Part shown: positions 58,202-64,000 of the stretch, piece by piece | How the letters are laid out: the number at the start of each line of letters is the position of its first letter | Numbering within the stretch: the stretch's first letter is position 1 | DNA from: an uncultured Acidobacteriota bacterium | GTDB taxonomy: Bacteria; Acidobacteriota; Thermoanaerobaculia; Multivoradales; UBA5704 | Direction of reading: 5' to 3' | Assembly: GCA_963700145.1 (NCBI GenBank) | Contig: OY969474.1 | Location: 4,928,001-4,992,000, forward strand | DNA: 64,000 bases | The notes under the pieces: model-generated | Seen by the model: the letters and a program-made list of their open reading frames with translations, nothing else | The model's database searches: none | Told to the model about the DNA's origin: nothing | Translations under genes and position numbers: made by a program

Positions 58202-60372
58202 CGCGGCGCGGCGTAGGTGACGCGGTAGACCGCCCCGGCGCCGTCGTCGGAGACCAGGAGCGACCCGTCCGGCATCTCCTGCACGTCCGCCGGCCGCCCC
58301 CACTCGTCGCCGCCCTGCAGCCACCCCTCGACGAACGGCTCGTACTCGACGGCGCGGTCGCCGTCGAGCTTGACGCGCGTGACGCGGTAGCCGATCGGCG
58401 TCGAGCGGTTCCAGGAGCCGTGCTCGGCGATCAGGATCTGGCCGCGGTACTCGGCGGGGAACATGGCGCCGCGGTAGAAGCGCATGCCGATCGAGGCCAC
58501 GTGCGGGCCGAGCTCGCGGGCCGGGGGCGTGAGCTCGGAGCAGGGGCGCTTGTGGCCGAACTCGGGGTCGGAGATGTCGCGGCCGTGGCAGTACGGGTAG
58601 CCGAAGTGGAGACCGGGGCGCGGCGCGCGGTTGAGCTCGTCGGGCGGCACGTCGTCGCCCAGCAGGTCGCGTCCGTTCTCGGTGAACCAGAGCTCTTTGG
58701 TCTGGGGGTGCCAGTCGAAGCCGACGGTGTTGCGGATGCCGTGGGCGAAGATCTCCCGCTTGCTGCCGTCGGGGCTCATGCGGGTGATGGTGGCGTGGAT
58801 CGGGTCCTCGGACTCGCAGATGTTGCACGGCATCCCGACCGGCACGTAGAGCCAGCCGTCGGGGCCGAAGGCGATGAACTTCCAGCCGTGGTGGCGGCCA
58901 CGCGGGTAGTCGTCGCGCAGGACGACCGGCGCGGGCGGGCTCTGGAGGCGGGCGTCGATGCCGTCGTAGCGCAGGACGCGGTAGACCTCGGCGACGTAGA
59001 GGGCGCCGTCGCGCCAGGCGACGCCGTTGGGCATGCGCAGGCCGCGGGCGATGGTGTGGACGCGCTCGGCGCGGTGGTCGCCGTCGCGGTCGACGGCGGC
59101 GTAGACGACGTCGTCGCGGGTGCCGACGTAGAGGACGCCGTTGGGGGACAGGGCCATGGAGCGGGCGCCGGGGAGCTGGTCGCTCCAGACTTCGATCTTG
59201 AAGCCTGGCGGGAGGCGGAGGGTGTGGAGGGGGAGGTTGGTCGCCGGGGGTGCGGCGGGAACGGCGGTGTCGGCGGCGGGCGCTGCGGCCGGCGCGGCGG
59301 CGGCGGGTGGCGCGGTGCTCTCGCGCGGCGGGGCGGCGGCGCCGTTGCCGGGGGCGCAGGCGGCGAGGAGGATCAAGGCGACGCCGGCGGCCATGGCGAG
59401 GACGGCACCGAAGGCGCGCCAGCCGGAGCGCTCGCCGAAGAGGGTGCGGCCGAGGATCAAGGCCATGACGTTGCCGATGCCGCGCTTGAGGGTTTCCACG
59501 ATTCCCACCCAGAGGCCCTGGAAGGCTAGGAGCTGCAGGGCGAGGGCGAGGGTACTCGAAATGACGGCGAAGGCGAAGACGGCGGGGACGCGGGTGATGG
59601 CGGTTAGCTCTCGGGCGCGGCCTCGGGCGATGAGGATGAGGAGGACGATGAGGGCTACGCCGGCGGTGAGGATGAAAGCGTGGAAGGGGGTGCTGGAGCG
59701 GTCGAGAGCTAGCTTGTCGAGGGGGGGCGTGATCGACCAGGCGAGGGCTGTGAAAGCCATCCAGGCGGCGCCGATTGCGTGGGGCCGGTGGGGGGCGGTC
59801 CCCCCGGGGACCGGCGCGCGCTCTGTGTGGACTGCTGGATCTGAGGCGCGCGCCTGCGCTTCGCTGCGCGCGGGATCGGCGGTGGGCTGCGGCGGGGGTT
59901 GCCGGCGCTTGCTCAGAGCTCCCCGGGGGGACCGCCCCCCACCGGCCTTGGGACCGAGGTCGCTACCCAGAAAAACAGCGCCCAGGACGACGAGGACGAT
60001 GCCGAAGAGTTGGGGTGTCGAGGGGCGCTCGTTGAGGAGGGGGATGGCTACTAGGGTGGTGAAGACCGGGGTGAGGGAGAGGAGCGGCACAGCCAGGGAG
60101 AGGGGGGCGAGGCGCATGCCGCGGAGAAGGGCCAGGTTGGCGGCTACGTTGAGGGCTACGGAGATGGCGGCGGGGAGGAGGTAGCCGGGGCGTGGGGGAG
60201 TGGCTTGGGTGGGGTCTATGGCTAGCCAGGCGGCGAAGGGGAGGGCGGCGCCGCCGGCCAGGAGGACGAGGAGGGCGAGGGGGCGGATCTGGGCGACGAG
60301 GAGCTTGCGGCTCGCGTCGTGGGCGGACCAGGCGATGCCGCAGGCGACGGCTAGGAGGAGGGGGAGGCCCAC
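58198..60372 (-). CDS. EamA/DMT transporter fused to PQQ-dependent glucose/sorbosone dehydrogenase domain
   Basis: APLSLAVPLLSLTPVF..LNERP (EamA) in the N-half. LPPGFKI..GARSM, FGPDGWLY, GIRNTVG and GRPADV in the C-half. No stop between them. Confidence 0.8.
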   Translation of the reverse strand: MGLPLLLAVACGIAWSAHDASRKLLVAQIRPLALLVLLAGGAALPFAAWLAIDPTQATPPRPGYLLPAAISVALNVAANLALLRGMRLAPLSLAVPLLSLTPVFTTLVAIPLLNERPSTPQLFGIVLVVLGAVFLGSDLGPKAGGGRSPRGALSKRRQPPPQPTADPARSEAQARASDPAVHTERAPVPGGTAPHRPHAIGAAWMAFTALAWSITPPLDKLALDRSSTPFHAFILTAGVALIVLLILIARGRARELTAITRVPAVFAFAVISSTLALALQLLAFQGLWVGIVETLKRGIGNVMALILGRTLFGERSGWRAFGAVLAMAAGVALILLAACAPGNGAAAPPRESTAPPAAAAPAAAPAADTAVPAAPPATNLPLHTLRLPPGFKIEVWSDQLPGARSMALSPNGVLYVGTRDDVVYAAVDRDGDHRAERVHTIARGLRMPNGVAWRDGALYVAEVYRVLRYDGIDARLQSPPAPVVLRDDYPRGRHHGWKFIAFGPDGWLYVPVGMPCNICESEDPIHATITRMSPDGSKREIFAHGIRNTVGFDWHPQTKELWFTENGRDLLGDDVPPDELNRAPRPGLHFGYPYCHGRDISDPEFGHKRPCSELTPPARELGPHVASIGMRFYRGAMFPAEYRGQILIAEHGSWNRSTPIGYRVTRVKLDGDRAVEYEPFVEGWLQGGDEWGRPADVQEMPDGSLLVSDDGAGAVYRVTYAAPR
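59783..59947. repeat. palindromic element with 28-bp perfect inverted repeats inside a CDS
   Basis: ggccggtggggggcggtccccccgggga (59783-59810) and its exact reverse complement (59920-59947). Confidence 0.8.
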
Positions 60373-60402
60373 GCGGGCGCTACGCTACACTGCGCGCAGG
60401 CA

Positions 60403-62166
60403 ATGAACCTCACCCCGGAGCAGGTGGCCGAGATCCTGGTGCGGCAGGGGCGGATCACCCCCGAGCAGGGGGAGATCGTCGAGAACGAGGCGAAGCTCGT
60501 GCCGCGGCGGACGCGGTCGCACAGCGCCTACGACCAGCGGGCGGTGGCTTATGAGCTGGTCACCCGGCTGCGGCTGCCCGATCTCAAGGGCACGGGCGGC
60601 ACCCTCGGCGAGCTGGAGATCGCGCAGGCCATCGCCGACGAGGCGAAGCTGCCGCACGTGCGCATCGACACGCTGTCGCTCAACGCCGACCTGATCGAGG
60701 CCAAGGTCTCGCGTCCCTTCGCCAAGCGCCATCGCATGATCCCGCTGGAGATGTCGAACGGCCGCCTGCGGGTGGCCTGCGCCAACCCCTTCGACATCGA
60801 GGGCATCGACTCCTTCCGCCGCATCGCCGGGCGCGAGCTCGAGCTGGTGGTGGCGTCGGAGCCCGACATCCTCAAGGCGATCACCGAGTTCTACGGCCTG
60901 CGCCACTCGGTCAAGCGCGCCGAGCGCGACCTGACGACCGGCATCGACTTGGGCAACCTCGAGCAGCTGGTGCGCATGAAGAGCGAGTCGGAGATCGAGT
61001 CCTCCGACCAGCACGTCGTCAACGCCGTCGAGTTCATGCTCCAGCACGCCTACGACAGCCGCGCCTCCGACATCCACATCGAGCCCAAGCGCGGCGAGAG
61101 CCTGATCCGCTTCCGCATCGACGGCGTGCTCCACGACATCCAGAAGATGCCCAAGATCGTGCACGCGGCGGTGACCTCGCGGATCAAGACCATGTCGCGG
61201 CTCGACATCGCCGAGCGGCGGCGGCCGCAGGACGGGCGGGTGAAGACGACGCGCGCCGGGCGCGACGTCGAGCTGCGCGTCTCGACCCTGCCCGTCGCCT
61301 TTGGCGAGAAGCTGGTGATGCGGATCTTCGACCCCGAGGTCCTGATGCAGGACCTCTCGGGCCTCGGCTTCTACCCCGAAGAGCTGCAGCTCTTCAACGA
61401 CTTCATCACCCGCCCGCACGGCATCATCCTGGTCACCGGCCCGACCGGCTCGGGCAAGACGACCACCCTCTACTCGGCGCTCAAGGTCATCGCCACCCGC
61501 GACGTCAACGTGACCACGATCGAGGACCCGATCGAGATGGTCTACGACGAGTTCAACCAGACGGCGGTGCAGACCAAGGTCGGGATCACCTTCGCCGGCG
61601 CCCTGCGCCACATCCTGCGCCAGGATCCCGACGTCATCATGGTGGGCGAGATCCGCGACGCCGAGACGGCGCAGTACGCCATCCAGGCGGCGCTCACCGG
61701 CCACCTCGTCTTCTCGACGCTCCACACCAACGACGCGCCGTCGTCGGTCTCGCGCCTGGTGGACCTGGGCGTCGAGCGCTTCCTGATCAGCTCGACCCTG
61801 GTCGGCGCGATGGCGCAGCGGCTGGTGCGGAAGATCTGCCCGCACTGCGTCACCGAGCGGTCGCTCTCCGCCGACGAGGTGGCGACCCTGCGCCTGGCGG
61901 TGCCGCCGGGCAAGCGGGTGAAGGTCCACGAAGGCGCCGGCTGCTTCGAGTGCCGCGGCACCGGCTACTTCGGCCGCAGCGGCATCTTCGAGATCCTCCC
62001 CATCGACGACGCCGCCAAGCACCTCATCGTCCGCGGCGCCGACGCCCCCGAGATCAAGCGCGAAGCCATCAAGAACGGCATGCGCACGCTGCGGCAGTCG
62101 GCCCTGCGCAAGCTGGCCGAGGGGGTGACGACGTTCGAGGAAGTGGTGCGGGTGACCGGGATCTAG
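60403..62166 (+). CDS. GspE/PilB-family secretion/pilus assembly ATPase
   Basis: ASDIHIEP, GPTGSGKTTT, LRQDPDVIMVGEIRD, TGHLVFSTLHTN and CxxC..CxxC. Confidence 0.93.
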   Translation: MNLTPEQVAEILVRQGRITPEQGEIVENEAKLVPRRTRSHSAYDQRAVAYELVTRLRLPDLKGTGGTLGELEIAQAIADEAKLPHVRIDTLSLNADLIEAKVSRPFAKRHRMIPLEMSNGRLRVACANPFDIEGIDSFRRIAGRELELVVASEPDILKAITEFYGLRHSVKRAERDLTTGIDLGNLEQLVRMKSESEIESSDQHVVNAVEFMLQHAYDSRASDIHIEPKRGESLIRFRIDGVLHDIQKMPKIVHAAVTSRIKTMSRLDIAERRRPQDGRVKTTRAGRDVELRVSTLPVAFGEKLVMRIFDPEVLMQDLSGLGFYPEELQLFNDFITRPHGIILVTGPTGSGKTTTLYSALKVIATRDVNVTTIEDPIEMVYDEFNQTAVQTKVGITFAGALRHILRQDPDVIMVGEIRDAETAQYAIQAALTGHLVFSTLHTNDAPSSVSRLVDLGVERFLISSTLVGAMAQRLVRKICPHCVTERSLSADEVATLRLAVPPGKRVKVHEGAGCFECRGTGYFGRSGIFEILPIDDAAKHLIVRGADAPEIKREAIKNGMRTLRQSALRKLAEGVTTFEEVVRVTGI

Positions 62167-62381
62167 GCGGGTTTCCGCAGAGGCGAAGAAGTTCCCCGGC
62201 GGAAAATCACCGCCGGCAGGCAAGAGAAGCGGCCTTGCGGCGGTAACAAATCTCCTTCGCGCCGAACAAGCCGGTGCGCGGGTGCCCGTCTCATGGTGAT
62301 TTTTTACCTCTTCTCGTAAATGCCGCACGCACAGACACTTAGATTGAAATGCCGCGAGCTTGGAGCGTATGCTGACAAACG

Positions 62382-62792
62382 ATGCGCAAGAGCGTGCCTG
62401 CCGAAGTTCTCGGCCCCGAGGACTACGCCGCCGCCATCAAGGAGCTGCGGGGCACGCGCAAGCAGAAAGAGGTCGCGGATCGCGCCGGCATCACGCCGAA
62501 CCACTGGAACCGGCTGGAGAGCAGCAGGTCCCGCCTCACCCCGAAGACCCAGGCGAAGGTGGCGCGCGGGCTCGGCGTGGAGTTCGAGCGGTTCGCCCAG
62601 GTCGTGCTCGAGAACGCGTAGCGCCGGCTGCAGCGGCGGCCGGGCGCCGACGGCTCCGCGGTCGCCGAGCCCCCCGCCTCGTACGGGCCCGACGACACCC
62701 GGCTGCGCCAGGTGGAGGCGCACGTCCGGGCCAGCGCCGAGAGCTTGATCCAGGCCTTCCGCCTCTTCCACGAGCTGTCCTCCGCACGCTGA
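62382..62792 (+). CDS. XRE-family HTH regulator with in-frame TAG at 62619-62621
   Basis: IKELRG..KQKEVADRAGITPNHWNRLE HTH. The frame continues 56 codons past TAG with VAEPPASYG and a helical tail. Confidence 0.65.
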
Positions 62793-62856
62793 ACCCGCTG
62801 CCATAGCGAGCTGCCGCGGCGCCGCCGCTGGCAGAGAAGTTGCTCCGGCCGGGGGC

Positions 62857-63925
62857 GTGGCCACCGCCGAAAAGAAGGTCGCCGAGCGCCTCGAGAAGCG
62901 CGAGGACGTGCAGTTCGCGCTCGAGCAGGCCGGCGGCGCCGACGAGCAGGCGGCCCCGAAGGCGCAGGTGTCACGGCGCGACCGCTCCTGGATCGCCGTC
63001 TGGGGGGTCGTCCTCGCCGTCCTCGCCGCCGCCTACCTCTGCTTCCGGCCGCGCTGGCTCCCCTTCTCGCCGCCGGCGCGCGAGATGGGGCTGCGCGTCG
63101 TGCGGGGGCTCGCGATGGTGGTGGGGGATCCTCGCCGCCGAGCGCGTCCTCTCGCTGCTGCTGATCGCGCGGCTGCGCGACCCGGTGTCGCGCTACAACC
63201 TCCACCGCGTCGCCGACCTGGTGGCGGTCCTCGCGGCGGCCTTCGTCGGCATCTCGGTCCTCTTCCGCAACTGGTACGCGGCGATCGTCTCGCTGGGGGT
63301 GATCTCGCTCATCCTGGGCTTCGCCCTGCAGACGCCGATCACCAGCCTACTGGCCTGGATCTACATCCTCATCCGCCGCCCTTACCGCGTCGGCGACCGC
63401 ATCCGCATCGGCGAGGCGACCGGCGACGTCATCGACGTCAGCTACCTCGACACCACCCTCTGGGAGTTCGGCGGCGAGTACCTCTCGACCGACCACCCGA
63501 GTGGCCGGCTGATCAAGTTCCCCAACTCCAACGTCCTGACGACGCCGGTCTACAACTACTCCTGGCCGCTCTTCCCCTACATCTGGAACGAGATCAAGTT
63601 CCACATCGCCTACGACAGCGATCTGGAGTGGGTGGCGGAGGTGATGAAGGAGGTGGCCGAGCAGGAGGTGGGCGAGCAGATGATGCGCCGCGTCCTCACC
63701 TACCGCGAGCTGCTCGCCAAGACCCCCGTCGACCACCTCGAGGTCCGCGAGCACCCGGCGGTGCTCTTCCGCGTCAGCGACAACACCTGGCTCGAGGTCA
63801 TCCTCCGCTACCTCGTCGACCCCAAGCAGGCCGGCCGCGTCAAGACCCGCCTCATCCAGGAGCTCCTCGCCCGCCTCAAGGCCGAGCCGGAGCGGGTGAT
63901 GTTTCCGAAGAGCAACCTGCGGTAG
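62857..63925 (+). CDS. MscS-family mechanosensitive channel, frameshift at the G run 63123-63127
   Basis: GFALQ, PYRVGDRIRIG and FPNS. The N-terminus MATAEKKVAERL.. with TM helices is in another frame, joined by a one-base shift. Confidence 0.8.
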
Positions 63926-63930
63926 GGCGG

Positions 63931-64000
63931 CTAGCCTTCGAACAGCAGGCGAATCAGTCGATCGCGTTCCAGCCCACCATGCTGCGCGACGTCGGCGAGG
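63931..64000 (-). CDS. 3' end of an unknown gene, possibly HicA-like
   Basis: Reads LADVAQHGGLERDRLIRLLFEG*. Too short to assign. Confidence 0.3.
   Translation of the reverse strand, partial: LADVAQHGGLERDRLIRLLFEG

Overview
High-GC bacterial DNA; gene content and style resemble Acidobacteriota, but that is inference. 1-14.6 kb is mostly housekeeping: pfkA, hsp20, an exosortase H pair, pyrR-pyrB-pyrC, a GH113-like lipoprotein, adenosine deaminase, a VOC protein and an M23 peptidase, plus a small lower-GC two-gene insert. 14.7-19.2 kb is a decayed mobile patch: a frameshifted IS3-family element, an IS256-family element with an internal stop, a 5'-truncated trypsin-like gene and an AbrB/PIN toxin-antitoxin pair. 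19.2-29.4 kb is a five-gene operon of ASPIC/UnbV (CRTAC1-like, FG-GAP) and TPR proteins, divergent from a nitrilase-family gene. The most striking part is 30.5-57.3 kb, a co-oriented minus-strand cluster resembling an uncharacterised lipid or type II polyketide system. It holds two ACPs, an active KS plus a catalytically dead KS, two HMG-CoA-reductase-like paralogs with no other mevalonate gene nearby, a flavin halogenase-like enzyme, a carotenoid-oxygenase-like enzyme, a CrtI-like oxidoreductase, an SDR-acyltransferase fusion, an ABC1 kinase and pseudokinase, a patatin, an MBL hydrolase, a haloalkane-dehalogenase-like fusion, several dirigent/AOC-like barrels, and a ~80-aa 'SWAMSL' domain present three times. 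The right end has an EamA-sugar dehydrogenase fusion with an in-frame palindromic insert, a GspE/PilB ATPase, an XRE gene with an internal amber codon and a frameshifted MscS. No rRNA, tRNA or CRISPR array was seen. All product calls come from motif recognition by eye; no database searches were run.
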